From: Anaerolineae bacterium
GTDB taxonomy: Bacteria > Chloroflexota > Anaerolineae > B4-G1 > DUEL01
DNA length: 64,000 nucleotides
Assembly: GCA_041082215.1 (NCBI GenBank)
Contig: JBDOIF010000118.1
Location: forward strand, 1-64,000
Reading direction: 5' to 3'
Position 1 is the stretch's first letter, and the number at the start of each line of letters is the position of its first letter. Positions 17,425 to 27,399 of this stretch are shown one piece after another. The position numbers were made by a program, and so were the translations under genes. The notes below the pieces were generated by a model. The model worked only from the letters and a program-made list of their open reading frames with translations. It was not told the origin of the DNA and did not search any database.

Positions 17425-19659
17425 GTGACACCGTTCTGGCAGTATGTCGCTGGCGCAGGCGTGATCGCTGGCTTTGGCCATCTGATCCTGTTCCTGATCC
17501 TGCTGTTCCGACGCAACAAGCCGCTGGAAGAGCGGCTGGCTCTTCTGTACCTGGGCCTCAGCCTCCTGTGGGGCGCGGCCGTACCCCTGGCCGATCTGCA
17601 GGTCCTTTTCCTCCCTATCGTCACAGAGCCAGCTCACCAGTTGATCCCCGTCTTCGCCACGGCTCTGGTTTCCGTCCTGCTCCTGCTCATCTGTGCTTTC
17701 CTGGAATATCCCTTCCTCCCCATCCTGGCAACCGCAGGCGGCACGTGGACAGCCGTCCTGTTTCTGGCCACCCTTTACTTTCTCCTGATACCCCCCTTCC
17801 TCATCCCCATCCATCAGATCGCCCAGGGTGGATGGGCGGCGCTGGCGGCCCTCTCGATCGGGCTGATGGTACATGCCCTCTTCCGCAGCCGACTGGCCCT
17901 CCACCGCAACCGCGCCCTCTACTGGATGCTGTCCGCCGTCCCTCTGATCGGCGGGCAGGCCATCAGCCTCCTGCCAGCCGGCCCCCTGCGGACCCTCGGC
18001 CCCCTGTTCCACATGCTGGGAGCGGTCGCCCTGACGCGGGGGGCGGTCAGCTACTGGCTCCCGAACGTCAAGGCAGTGCTCCGTTCCATCCTCCGCTTCC
18101 TCCTCCTTGCTGCCGTCACGGCCGCCCTGCTCCTGGGCACGGTCCTGGCAGCCGAGCAGCTCACGGACCGGCTCTCCCTCCCCCACACCGTCATCATCTC
18201 CGCCCTGGCCGTCGTCGCTGCCCTCCTCTACCTCCCCCTGTACCGGCTGCTCCAGCGGGTGGTGGACCGCTTCCTGGAAGGGGTGGGGTTCGACCCCGCG
18301 CAGGCGCTGCGGGATTACAGCCAGACCATCGGCGCGATCCTGGACCTGAAGCAGTTGGCGGAGACGGCGGTGCAGACGGTGGCCGAGGTGCTGGATGTGC
18401 GGCGGGGAGCTCTGCTGGTGGTCAAAGAGACAGAGCGGGGCGGGCTTCAGCTCCAGCCCATCCCAGGCCTGGGCCATGTTCCGGAGGACCCCCTGGAACT
18501 GGAGCCGATCAGCCCTATCCTGGTCCGCATCCGCGAGGACGAGCATCCCCTTTTCCAGTACGAGGTGGACCATCACCCGACGCTCCGGGAGGCGGCGCGG
18601 GAGGAGCGAAAGGGGTTGCGGACGCTGGAAATGGAGGTCTATCTGCCCATTCGCTCCCAGAAAGGGCTGGTGGGGCTTCTGGCTCTGGGGCCACAGGGGA
18701 CCGGGGAGCCGTATACCTCCCGTCAACTGGAGTTTCTCTCCACCCTTGCCCACCAGACCGGCGTGGCGCTCCAGAATGCCCGCCTGTTCGAGGAACTGCG
18801 GGAGGCGAATGAGAAAAACACCGAACTCAACGAAAGCCTCCGCACCGCCTACGAACGGCTGGAACGGCTGGACCGGGCCAAGACGGATTTCCTCACCATC
18901 GCCTCCCACGAGCTGCGGACCCCGCTGACCCAGGTGCGAGGGTATGTGGATATCCTGGCCGAACTGGCCGAGACGGAGACGCTCACCTCCGAGCAGGTCC
19001 TCCGCATCGCCGAGAGCATCTCCCGTCCCACCCGCCGTCTGGAGAACATCATCAACGCGATGCTGGATGCTTCTCAGATCGACACCGAAGGGCTGGTCCT
19101 CCGGTTCGTCCCCACGACGCTGGGTTCAACGATCCGGATGGCGGTCGAGCCGTGGCGGTCGGCGCTGGAAGAGCGGAACATCCAGTTGGAGATCCGTGGG
19201 GTAGATGGCATCCGCCCCATCCATGCCGATATGGAACGGCTGCGTCAGGCCTTCAGCAACCTGGTCTCCAACGCCATCAAGTTCACCCCCGACGGGGGGA
19301 AGATCACCATCGAGGCTCATCCGCTCGATGAGGAACACTTCGAGGTGACGGTCTCCGACACCGGCATCGGCATCAGCCAGGCGGATCAGGAGTTGATTTT
19401 CGAGAAGTTCTACCGGGTAGGGAGCGTGCTGCTCCACTCGTCGGGGGATTTCAAATTCAAGGGAGCCGGGCCAGGGCTGGGGCTACCCATCGCCCGGGGG
19501 GTCATCGAGGGACACGGAGGATGTATCTGGGTGGAAAGCGAAGGGTATGACGAGCAACGCTGCCCTGGCAGCACGTTCCATATCGTTCTGCCGTACCAGG
19601 CCCACCGGGGTCCGTGCCGCTGGGATAGGCAACAGGTCTCTGAAAAACCTGAGAAATAG
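17425..19659 (+). CDS. Multi-TM GAF-domain sensor histidine kinase
   Basis: Long hydrophobic N-terminus, GAF region, IASHELRTPL H-box, NAIKF, GPGLGL. Confidence 0.9.
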   Translation: MTPFWQYVAGAGVIAGFGHLILFLILLFRRNKPLEERLALLYLGLSLLWGAAVPLADLQVLFLPIVTEPAHQLIPVFATALVSVLLLLICAFLEYPFLPILATAGGTWTAVLFLATLYFLLIPPFLIPIHQIAQGGWAALAALSIGLMVHALFRSRLALHRNRALYWMLSAVPLIGGQAISLLPAGPLRTLGPLFHMLGAVALTRGAVSYWLPNVKAVLRSILRFLLLAAVTAALLLGTVLAAEQLTDRLSLPHTVIISALAVVAALLYLPLYRLLQRVVDRFLEGVGFDPAQALRDYSQTIGAILDLKQLAETAVQTVAEVLDVRRGALLVVKETERGGLQLQPIPGLGHVPEDPLELEPISPILVRIREDEHPLFQYEVDHHPTLREAAREERKGLRTLEMEVYLPIRSQKGLVGLLALGPQGTGEPYTSRQLEFLSTLAHQTGVALQNARLFEELREANEKNTELNESLRTAYERLERLDRAKTDFLTIASHELRTPLTQVRGYVDILAELAETETLTSEQVLRIAESISRPTRRLENIINAMLDASQIDTEGLVLRFVPTTLGSTIRMAVEPWRSALEERNIQLEIRGVDGIRPIHADMERLRQAFSNLVSNAIKFTPDGGKITIEAHPLDEEHFEVTVSDTGIGISQADQELIFEKFYRVGSVLLHSSGDFKFKGAGPGLGLPIARGVIEGHGGCIWVESEGYDEQRCPGSTFHIVLPYQAHRGPCRWDRQQVSEKPEK

Positions 19660-19674
19660 GGACAACCCTCGCCC

Positions 19675-20976
19675 CTACCGCCGACGGACCTTCAGGCGGA
19701 ACCCCTCCACCTGGAGGACCTCCACCTCTTCGCCCATCTCCACCGGCCCTTCCTCGGCGACGGCCTGCCAGCGCTCCCCTGCCACCAGCACCATCCCCTC
19801 CGGGTCCAGGCGGCTTTTGGCCACCCCCACTCGCCCGATCAGCCCCTCCTTGCCGGTGACGGAAGGGGGCTTTTGCGCTCTCAGCGCTTTGGCGACGACG
19901 AAGGCGAAGAAGAGGGCCGTCAGCACCGCCACGGTCACCACCAGCGGAATGGAGATCCGGCCGTAGGGAGAAGCGACAGGGGCGTTGAAGAGGATCAGCG
20001 CGCCCGCGACCAGGGTCCCGATGCCGGCCGCGGTGAGAGCCCCATGGGTGGGGGCTTTGATGTCCAGCACGAAAAGGACGAAGGCCGCGCCGATCAGCAC
20101 CAGCCCCAGCCAGTTGAAAGGGAGGACGCCCATCGCATAGGCAGCGAGGGCCAGACAGATCACGCCGATGAAACCGGCCACCCATCCGCCCGGGGAGGAA
20201 AGCTCGATCAGGATAGCCTGTACCCCGATGGTCAGCAACACAAAAGCCACGTTGGGGTTGATCAGCACCTGCAGGAGCTGCTCGATGGGGGACATGGGGA
20301 CCCGTCGTGTTTCCGCCCCTGCGGTCTGGAGCTGCACTTCGGTTCCATCCCCCAGCGTGACCGTCCGCCCGTCGAACTCCCTCAGCAGCTCATCCAGGTC
20401 GTCGGCGACCAGGTCAATCACCCCCAGCTCCAGCGCCTCCTCGGGCCCGGCGGTGGCGCTCTCCCGGATGGCCCGCTCGGCCCACTCCACCGCTGCCTCC
20501 CCCCTGCGCCGGGCGAAAAGAGCGGCGTGTTCCACGATGACGTTCGTCGTCTTCTCGATGGCCGCTTCGTCCACCTCCCCTGCGCCGGGGAGGGTGACCG
20601 GATGGGCTGCGCCAATGGTCGTGCGGGGAGCCATCGCTGCACCGTGGGCGGCCAGGAGGATCAGAGTCCCTGCCGAGGCCGCCATCCCCCCCCGCGGCCA
20701 TACGTAGACGATGACCGGGACCCGGGCGTTCTCCAGTTGTTCCATGATCCGCGTCGTCGTCGCCAGATCTCCGCCTGGGGTATTCAACTCGATCACCAGG
20801 GCTCCAGCCCCCTCTGTCTCCGCCAGCCGGATCCCCCGCTCGAAATACTCGCCTACTGCGGCGGTGATCGCCCCGTCTACAGTGAGCACATAAACCGCCC
20901 CCGTCCCCTGGGCCATCGCCCCTGTCCACCCCACCGCCAGCCAGAACACCATAGCCAGAAGAACCCACCTTCTCAT
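19675..20976 (-). CDS. nfeD: NfeD family membrane-bound serine protease (long form)
   Basis: LNTPGG, AASAG, IGAAHP ClpP-like domain, TM region, C-terminal OB-fold GERWQA. Confidence 0.92.
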   Translation of the reverse strand: MRRWVLLAMVFWLAVGWTGAMAQGTGAVYVLTVDGAITAAVGEYFERGIRLAETEGAGALVIELNTPGGDLATTTRIMEQLENARVPVIVYVWPRGGMAASAGTLILLAAHGAAMAPRTTIGAAHPVTLPGAGEVDEAAIEKTTNVIVEHAALFARRRGEAAVEWAERAIRESATAGPEEALELGVIDLVADDLDELLREFDGRTVTLGDGTEVQLQTAGAETRRVPMSPIEQLLQVLINPNVAFVLLTIGVQAILIELSSPGGWVAGFIGVICLALAAYAMGVLPFNWLGLVLIGAAFVLFVLDIKAPTHGALTAAGIGTLVAGALILFNAPVASPYGRISIPLVVTVAVLTALFFAFVVAKALRAQKPPSVTGKEGLIGRVGVAKSRLDPEGMVLVAGERWQAVAEEGPVEMGEEVEVLQVEGFRLKVRRR

Positions 20977-21078
20977 TTCCCCTCCTCTCTCTCACCCTCT
21001 CCCCCTATTATAAACCACCAACGAGCAACCAGCAATCAACTACCCAACTCTCCCCATTCGTTGTACAATGATCCTGCT

Positions 21079-21831
21079 ATGCCGACCCCCATCAATCACC
21101 TGATTATGGCCAGAGAGACGGTCGAGGCCGGGCAGCTCGCCTCCCCAGCCCGTCGGCTGCTGCGGGCCGGATACGGCCCCTTCCTGCTGGGGCACACTGC
21201 GCCGGACGTGCAGACGGTCAGTGGACGGCCCCGCCACGACACCCATTTCTACACCATCCCTCCCAGCAGTGAGGAGCCTGCATACCGAATGCTCCTCTCC
21301 CTCTACCCCGATCTGTCCAGGCCGGACCGGCTGTCCCCTTTCCATGCGGCCTTCCTCGCCGGCTACCTGGCCCATCTGCTGGTGGACGAGCTGTGGTGGC
21401 GAGAGGTCTTCCACCCCTACTTTGGCCCGCAGGCAGGGTGGGCCACCTGGGAGGAGCGGCTGTTCCTGCACAACGTCCTCCGCACCTGGCTGGACTGGCA
21501 GGACCAGGCACGGCTGGACGGGGGGGAGGCGGAGGCGCTGGCCAGCGCGGAGCCGGAAAACTGGCTCCCCTTCGTCCACGATGAGGAACTGCGGGCCTGG
21601 CGGGACCTGCTGGTGGAGCAGTTGCAGCCGGGGCGGACCATCCGCACCGCCGAGGTGTTCGCTTCCCGGATGCAGGTGGAACCGGAAGCCATCGAGACAG
21701 CGGCCCGTTCCCCCGAGCAGATGGCCCGCATCTTCCGGCAGGCCCCTCTCTCCCTGATCCAGGCCTATCGGGCCGAGGCGCTGCAACGCAGCGTGGAGCT
21801 GCTCAACCAGTACCTTTCCACCGGCGTCTGA
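21079..21831 (+). CDS. Zinc-dependent phospholipase C family protein
   Basis: MPTPINH, LGHTAPD, THFY, GYLAHLLVD zinc ligands. Confidence 0.8.
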   Translation: MPTPINHLIMARETVEAGQLASPARRLLRAGYGPFLLGHTAPDVQTVSGRPRHDTHFYTIPPSSEEPAYRMLLSLYPDLSRPDRLSPFHAAFLAGYLAHLLVDELWWREVFHPYFGPQAGWATWEERLFLHNVLRTWLDWQDQARLDGGEAEALASAEPENWLPFVHDEELRAWRDLLVEQLQPGRTIRTAEVFASRMQVEPEAIETAARSPEQMARIFRQAPLSLIQAYRAEALQRSVELLNQYLSTGV

Positions 21832-21891
21832 CGTTTGACGCTTGACGTTCGACACCTGACCACAGATCACTGCGAGGAAGGAGAATCCCCT

Positions 21892-22875
21892 ATGAACATC
21901 CTGGTCACCGGAGGTGCAGGCTATATCGGCAGCATCGTCGTCGAGGAGCTGATCCGGGAAGGAGAGAGGGTCATCGTGCTGGATAACCTCTCCCAGGGAC
22001 ACCGGGCCGCCGTCCATCCAGGTGCGGTCTTCGTCTACGGAGACCTGGCCGATCGGGCGGCGGTCAAAGCTCTTTTCGACACCTATGAGATCGGCGCAGT
22101 GATGCACTTCGCATCCAACACACTGGTGGGTGAGTCCATGGAACAGCCCTTCAAGTACCTGGGGGAGAACGTCACCAATGGCCTCAACCTGCTCCAGGAG
22201 GCGATCGCCCACGGGGTGCGTCGCTTCATCCTCTCTTCCACCGCCAATCTCTTCGATGATCCCCAGCGGATGCCCATTGACGAGAGGGAGCGGATCATCC
22301 CCGGCAGCCCCTACGGCGAATCGAAGCATATCCTGGAGCGGATCCTGCACTGGATGGACCGTGTCTATGGGATGCGGTACGCGGCGCTCCGCTACTTCAA
22401 CGCGGCGGGAGCCTCCCCCACAGGCGAGCGGGGGGAGGACCACGACCCGGAGACCCACCTGATCCCGCGCGTGCTGCAGGTGGCGCTGGGCCAGCGGGAG
22501 AAGATCACCATCTTCGGCGACGATTATCCCACCCACGACGGGACCTGCGTGCGGGATTACATCCACGTCACCGACCTGGCCCAGGCCCACATCCTGGCCC
22601 TGCGCGCCCTCGACCAGGGCAGCCGCACCTATAATCTGGGCAACGGACAGGGGTTCACCGTAAAGGAGGTCATCCAAACCTGCCGGGAGATAACCGGGCA
22701 CCCGATCCCGGCGGAAGTCGGTCCCCGACGGCCCGGCGACCCCGCCGTGCTGGTGGCCAGCAGTGAGAAGATCCGCCGTGAGCTGGGGTGGAAACCCCGA
22801 TACCCCGACCTGCGCACGATTGTCGAGCATGCCTGGGAGTGGCATCGGACCCACCCCCACGGCTACGGAGAGTAG
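21892..22875 (+). CDS. galE: UDP-glucose 4-epimerase
   Basis: [35 protein letters not shown]. Confidence 0.95.
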   Translation: MNILVTGGAGYIGSIVVEELIREGERVIVLDNLSQGHRAAVHPGAVFVYGDLADRAAVKALFDTYEIGAVMHFASNTLVGESMEQPFKYLGENVTNGLNLLQEAIAHGVRRFILSSTANLFDDPQRMPIDERERIIPGSPYGESKHILERILHWMDRVYGMRYAALRYFNAAGASPTGERGEDHDPETHLIPRVLQVALGQREKITIFGDDYPTHDGTCVRDYIHVTDLAQAHILALRALDQGSRTYNLGNGQGFTVKEVIQTCREITGHPIPAEVGPRRPGDPAVLVASSEKIRRELGWKPRYPDLRTIVEHAWEWHRTHPHGYGE

Positions 22876-22906
22876 CCGCGATCGAGACAGTTGAGGAGAA
22901 AGAACA

Positions 22907-23290
22907 ATGGCACGGACCATCAACAAAGCGGATGACTATCTCTCCCGGGTGCTGAAGCACATCCCGTCGGAGATCGTGATGGCCTACGTCGCGATTGACG
23001 GCGTGCTACGCACCAGCTACAACCCCAATATATCGAACGAACGACAAACGCTGAGCACTCTGCTATGGATCGTCACGACGATCCTCACCCTGCTCACCCC
23101 GTTCTGGCTGTGGCGCGTGATGCACGTGCGGCGGCCCTCCCAGCTCTTCATCTCCACCCTCTCCGTGCCCGTGTGGCTCTTCGCCCTGGGGGGACCCTTC
23201 GCATTGACGAACTGGTACGAGCCTGCATTTGGGGCCATCGTTCTCCCTATCTACACCCTCGTTGTCCCGATCATCGTCCGTTCCGCCTGA
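22907..23290 (+). CDS. Small integral membrane protein of unknown function
   Basis: GAGGAG RBS, 3-4 hydrophobic segments, N-terminal DDYLSRVLKHIPSEIVMAY. Confidence 0.75.
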   Translation: MARTINKADDYLSRVLKHIPSEIVMAYVAIDGVLRTSYNPNISNERQTLSTLLWIVTTILTLLTPFWLWRVMHVRRPSQLFISTLSVPVWLFALGGPFALTNWYEPAFGAIVLPIYTLVVPIIVRSA

Positions 23291-23309
23291 CGGTCGAACC
23301 CACGCTGGG

Positions 23310-24440
23310 ATGCGCGTTCTGGTCAACGGCTGGTTCTGGGAGCAGCCCCATACCGGCAGCGGTCAGTACACCCGCCGGCTGGTAGAGCACATGGTCGCCC
23401 CGGAGCCGGGCCTCGATGTAACGCTGGCCGGGCCGGGGAGGGGTTTCGGGTTTCAGGCTTTCCGGCTTCAAGATGCGGAGCGCCCGAAGCCTGCAGCCTC
23501 CAACCTGACCAAACTGCTCTTCGAACAGGTCACCTTTCCCCGCGCCTGCCGCCATCTGAGAGCCGATGTGGCCCACGTTCCCTACTGGGCACCGCCACTG
23601 GTCCCATCGGTCCCCACAGTCGTCACCATCCACGACATCATCCCGATGGTCCTCCGGGAGTATCGGGGGGGGCCGCTGGTGCGGGCCTATACTGCCCTGG
23701 TCGCCACCGCTGCCCAGAGCGCAGCACTGATCCTGACCGACTCGGAGGCTTCCCGACAGGACATTCTGGCCCGCCTGCGCCTGCCGCCGGAGCGGGTGCG
23801 GGTAGTCTACCTGGCAGCCGACGACCGTTTCCGGCCCGGGCCTGCCGCAGGCGACGGAGCGGTTCGGGCCCGCTACGGCCTTCCCCCCCGCTACGTCCTC
23901 TACCTGGGCGGTTTCGACGTGCGCAAGAACGTTCGCGCAGCCCTGGCGGCTTACGGATGGGCGGGGCAGGTGCTGGGGGAAGAGTGCCCGCTGGTCGTAG
24001 CGGGACGGCTGCCGGAGCGGGACACCCCTTTCACGCCTGACCCGCGCCGACTGGCCCGCGAGCTGGAACTGGCTCCAGGATGGGTGCGGTTTATCGGCCC
24101 GACGGCGGAGGAGGACAAGCCGGCCCTCTACCGGGGCGCGGTGGCCTTGCTTTACCCCTCCCGCTATGAGGGTTTCGGCCTCCCCCCTCTGGAGGCGATG
24201 GCCTGCGGCGTGCCGGTGGTGGGGAGCAGCGCGGCCTCCATCCCCGAGGTGGTCGGTGACGCTGGCGTGCTCCTGCCCCCCGACGACGCGGCAGGGATGG
24301 CCGGGGCCGTGATCCAGCTGGCGACGGACGAAGCCTTCCGGGCCGAACTCAGCCGTCGGGCGCTGACCCGGGCCGCCCTCTTTTCGTGGGAACAGACCGC
24401 CCGCCAGACGCTCGCCGCCTACCGGGAAGTAGCGGAATAA
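23310..24440 (+). CDS. Glycosyltransferase family 4
   Basis: VVTIHD, RKN, YEGFGLPPLEAMACG. Confidence 0.92.
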   Translation: MRVLVNGWFWEQPHTGSGQYTRRLVEHMVAPEPGLDVTLAGPGRGFGFQAFRLQDAERPKPAASNLTKLLFEQVTFPRACRHLRADVAHVPYWAPPLVPSVPTVVTIHDIIPMVLREYRGGPLVRAYTALVATAAQSAALILTDSEASRQDILARLRLPPERVRVVYLAADDRFRPGPAAGDGAVRARYGLPPRYVLYLGGFDVRKNVRAALAAYGWAGQVLGEECPLVVAGRLPERDTPFTPDPRRLARELELAPGWVRFIGPTAEEDKPALYRGAVALLYPSRYEGFGLPPLEAMACGVPVVGSSAASIPEVVGDAGVLLPPDDAAGMAGAVIQLATDEAFRAELSRRALTRAALFSWEQTARQTLAAYREVAE

Positions 24441-24467
24441 GGCGGCCAATGTGCGGGGAGAGCAGAC

Positions 24468-24658
24468 GGGCGTATTTCAATTTCGGGGCGAGTGGGCCTC
24501 TCGCTCGCCGGTGGATCGCAAATCCCGCCAACGGCCCGAATACAGCGAACAGCAGGGATACCTGCTCCATTCGCAGTATTCGTTTCCATTCGCGCCATTC
24601 GTGTTTCCCAGGTCCGGCCCGGGCGGGGGACATCTCGCCCCCAAATTGAAATACACCT
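24468..24658. mobile_element. MITE family 1, copy C
   Basis: TIRs GGGCGTATTTCAATTTCGGGGCGAG / CTCGCCCCCAAATTGAAATACACCT; perfect 8 bp direct repeat GAGCAGAC (24460-24467, 24659-24666). Confidence 0.9.
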
Positions 24659-24746
24659 GAGCAGACCTCAAACTTCCGCTTTCAATCATTTACGGCTATA
24701 ATCTATATGGATAGGGAATGATTGGGTGGGGAAAGGTGAGCAGTCT

Positions 24747-25886
24747 ATGAAGAAAGGGGAGAAAAAGGAACTGGCCCGACTGATCGAGCGGGGTGTCGAA
24801 GCGGCCCGAGCAGGGTATAAGGAAGAAGCCGAGGAGCTTCTGAGCCAGGCCGTGGCGATTGATCCTGAGAACGAGCGAGCCTGGCTCTGGCTCAGCGCGG
24901 TGGTCGAAGGGATCGAGGCCCAGCGGGAATGCCTGAACCGGGTTCTGGAGATCAACCCCACCAACTCCTTCGCCCGAGCCGGCCTCTCCTTTCTCAACCA
25001 CCTCCAGGTGGGATATGAGTATATGGCGGCACGTGCACCGTGGATGGCGGGCGTGGAGGAGCAGGAAAGAGGAGTGCAGCTCAACATCCCGGACCAGCGG
25101 TGTCCCCAGTGCGGAGCAATCAACCCCGGCTGGGCCTATCTGTGCAGCCGCTGTTCGGCCATCCTCGAGCCAGTTGACATAACAAAGATCATGCGACAGG
25201 AGATCCGCAGGCGCCAGAGGTCGTTGCTTCGACCATGGGCCGGAGCCGCCGTTCTCGACGCCGAGCGAGCCTTCGCCCCGGAAGTAGAGCTGGCCTCCCC
25301 CCTCCGGGCGCTCCTATCCATCCTGCTTGGCGCACTCGCCCTCAACCTGCTGCGGACGATCGGGTTCATGGGGTTGGCGACCCTGGCCGCTGCCCGCTGG
25401 CCAAAAGGCCTGACAGACCGTCTGGCGGCAGCCTTTCTTGCCGACCAGGTGTGGCTGCTGCTCGGCGGCCTGGCGGTATGGCTCCTGCTATCCGTCCTGA
25501 CCTACAGGCTCGCCCGCTCAAGGGGCGGGCAGGGCAGTCCACGGGTCCACTACTACCTCACGGCCGTGGCGGTCTCGGCGTGGATGTCCATCGCGGGGAT
25601 CGTGGACGTGCTCTGGTGGGCCGGAGCGATGCTGGGCCCGGCCTCGCTTACGCCGCTGGTGGCCTCGATAGCCTGGGGAGTCCTCTTCTTCTACGGGGTA
25701 ACCCTGCTGGTGCAAGCTATCCACACCACCCACCGGCTGGAGCCGCTCCGGGAGACGCTGGCCACAGGCCTGCTGCTGACACTGGGCACCGTAGCTTACG
25801 TCGGCATCCTCGCCCTCCTCCCCTCCCCCCTTCGGGCCCCGGCCCTGGGCTTTGCCTGGCTCGTCCTGCTGCCCCCCTGGCCCTGA
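24747..25886 (+). CDS. TPR + zinc-ribbon + Yip1-like membrane protein
   Basis: DPENERAWLWLS TPR, CPQC...CSRC, about 5 TM C-terminal domain. Confidence 0.7.
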   Translation: MKKGEKKELARLIERGVEAARAGYKEEAEELLSQAVAIDPENERAWLWLSAVVEGIEAQRECLNRVLEINPTNSFARAGLSFLNHLQVGYEYMAARAPWMAGVEEQERGVQLNIPDQRCPQCGAINPGWAYLCSRCSAILEPVDITKIMRQEIRRRQRSLLRPWAGAAVLDAERAFAPEVELASPLRALLSILLGALALNLLRTIGFMGLATLAAARWPKGLTDRLAAAFLADQVWLLLGGLAVWLLLSVLTYRLARSRGGQGSPRVHYYLTAVAVSAWMSIAGIVDVLWWAGAMLGPASLTPLVASIAWGVLFFYGVTLLVQAIHTTHRLEPLRETLATGLLLTLGTVAYVGILALLPSPLRAPALGFAWLVLLPPWP

Positions 25887-25924
25887 CGGCAGGCTGGCAA
25901 AGCCGCCTTGAGTTGAAAAAAGAA

Positions 25925-25950
25925 TACGGGCGAGGCATGCCTCGCCCGTA
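25925..25950. repeat. Perfect palindrome (REP-like or bidirectional terminator) between convergent genes
   Basis: TACGGGCGAGGC-AT-GCCTCGCCCGTA. Confidence 0.7.
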
Positions 25951-25962
25951 CTCCCCCTCTAT

Positions 25963-27399
25963 TTACCAGGATCCCCCTTCGGTCAGGAAACGGTGGATGT
26001 CGGCGGCGGCCCGCTTGCCGGCCCCCATCGCGCTCACTACCGTCGCCGCACCGGTGACCACATCGCCGCCCGCCCAGACCCGGGGCATCGTCGTCCGGCC
26101 CGTCTCCTCGTCCTTCACCACCACCGTCCCGTGCTTCGTCCGCTCCAGACCCTCCGCGTCCACGAAGACCAGCGGGTTGGGGCTGGTGCCCAGGGCAAAG
26201 ATGACCGTATCCACATCCATATCGAACTCGGAGCCTTCGACCGGGACGGGCCGCCGGCGACCGGAGGCGTCCGGCTCCCCCAGCTCCATCCGAATGCACC
26301 GCATCCCGCGGACGCTGCCCTTCTCGTCCCCCAGGATTTCCACCGGATTGGTCAGGAAGTCGAAAATGACTCCCTCCTCTTCGGCGTGGTGGACCTCTTC
26401 GGCGCGCGCTGGCACCTCATCCCGAGAGCGGCGGTAAACGATATGGACCTCTCCGTCCTGTCCGTGGAGGGTCTGGAGACGGAGGGCGCAGCGGGCGGCG
26501 TCCATCGCCACGTTCCCGGCCCCGATCACCGCCACCTTCCTGCCCACCTTCACCGGCGTGTCGTATTCGGGGAAGAGATACCCCTTCATCAGGTTGACAC
26601 GGGTGAGGAACTCGTTGGCGCTCATGACGCCGTTATAATTGATGCCGGGGATGCGCATAAAGGAGGGAAGCCCGGCCCCTGTCCCCAGAAAGACGCCATC
26701 GTACTCCGCCAGCAGTTCGTCCAGTTTGAGGGTGCGCCCGATGACGTGGTCGGTGCAGATCTCGATCCCCAGGCACTCCACGGCGTAGTCAATCTCGGCG
26801 TGGACGACGCTCTTGGGAAGGCGGAACTCGGGGATGCCGTAGATGAGGACACCGCCGGGGGAGTGGAGGGATTCGAATATCGTCACACTGTGCCCTTCCC
26901 GCGCCACATCCACCGCGCAGGTCAGCCCCGCCGGGCCGGAACCGACGACGGCCACCTTCTTGCCGGTTAAAGGAGCCTGCTCCAGCGGACAGGTCCGTTG
27001 GGCCAGCTCGAAATCCCCCACGAACCGCTCCAGCCGCCCAATGGCGACTGGCTGCCCTTTCTGACCCAGCACGCACCGGGCCTCGCACTGCACCTCCTGC
27101 GGGCAGACCCGGCCGCAGATGGCGGGGAGGCCGTTTTTGACCTTCATCACCCGCACCGCCTCGACCATATCCCCTTCCCGCAACGCGCGGATGAACTGGG
27201 GGATCAGCACCCCCACGGGGCACCCCTCGATGCAGTGAGGCCGGGCGCATTGAAGGCACCGGTCCGCTTCCTGGCGGGCCAGTTCCTCTGTGAAGCCCAG
27301 AGCAACCTCGTTGAAGTTCCCCCGCCGGGCCTGGGGGTCCTGGGCCGGCATCGGCTGACGGGGGATCTGAAGTCGTTGACGTTGCGTGAGAGCGGACAC
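25963..27399 (-). CDS. nfnB: NfnB/SudA-like large subunit (GltD-like) of electron-bifurcating transhydrogenase
   Basis: RCLQC...CIEGCP, CGRVCPQE, GSGPAG, YGIPEFRLP, GAGNVAMD; paired with nfnA. Confidence 0.85.
   Translation of the reverse strand: MSALTQRQRLQIPRQPMPAQDPQARRGNFNEVALGFTEELARQEADRCLQCARPHCIEGCPVGVLIPQFIRALREGDMVEAVRVMKVKNGLPAICGRVCPQEVQCEARCVLGQKGQPVAIGRLERFVGDFELAQRTCPLEQAPLTGKKVAVVGSGPAGLTCAVDVAREGHSVTIFESLHSPGGVLIYGIPEFRLPKSVVHAEIDYAVECLGIEICTDHVIGRTLKLDELLAEYDGVFLGTGAGLPSFMRIPGINYNGVMSANEFLTRVNLMKGYLFPEYDTPVKVGRKVAVIGAGNVAMDAARCALRLQTLHGQDGEVHIVYRRSRDEVPARAEEVHHAEEEGVIFDFLTNPVEILGDEKGSVRGMRCIRMELGEPDASGRRRPVPVEGSEFDMDVDTVIFALGTSPNPLVFVDAEGLERTKHGTVVVKDEETGRTTMPRVWAGGDVVTGAATVVSAMGAGKRAAADIHRFLTEGGSW

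Noticed and set aside
25963..27399. Glutamate synthase small subunit
   Set aside because: No gltB nearby and paired with an NfnA/SudB gene, so better read as NfnAB
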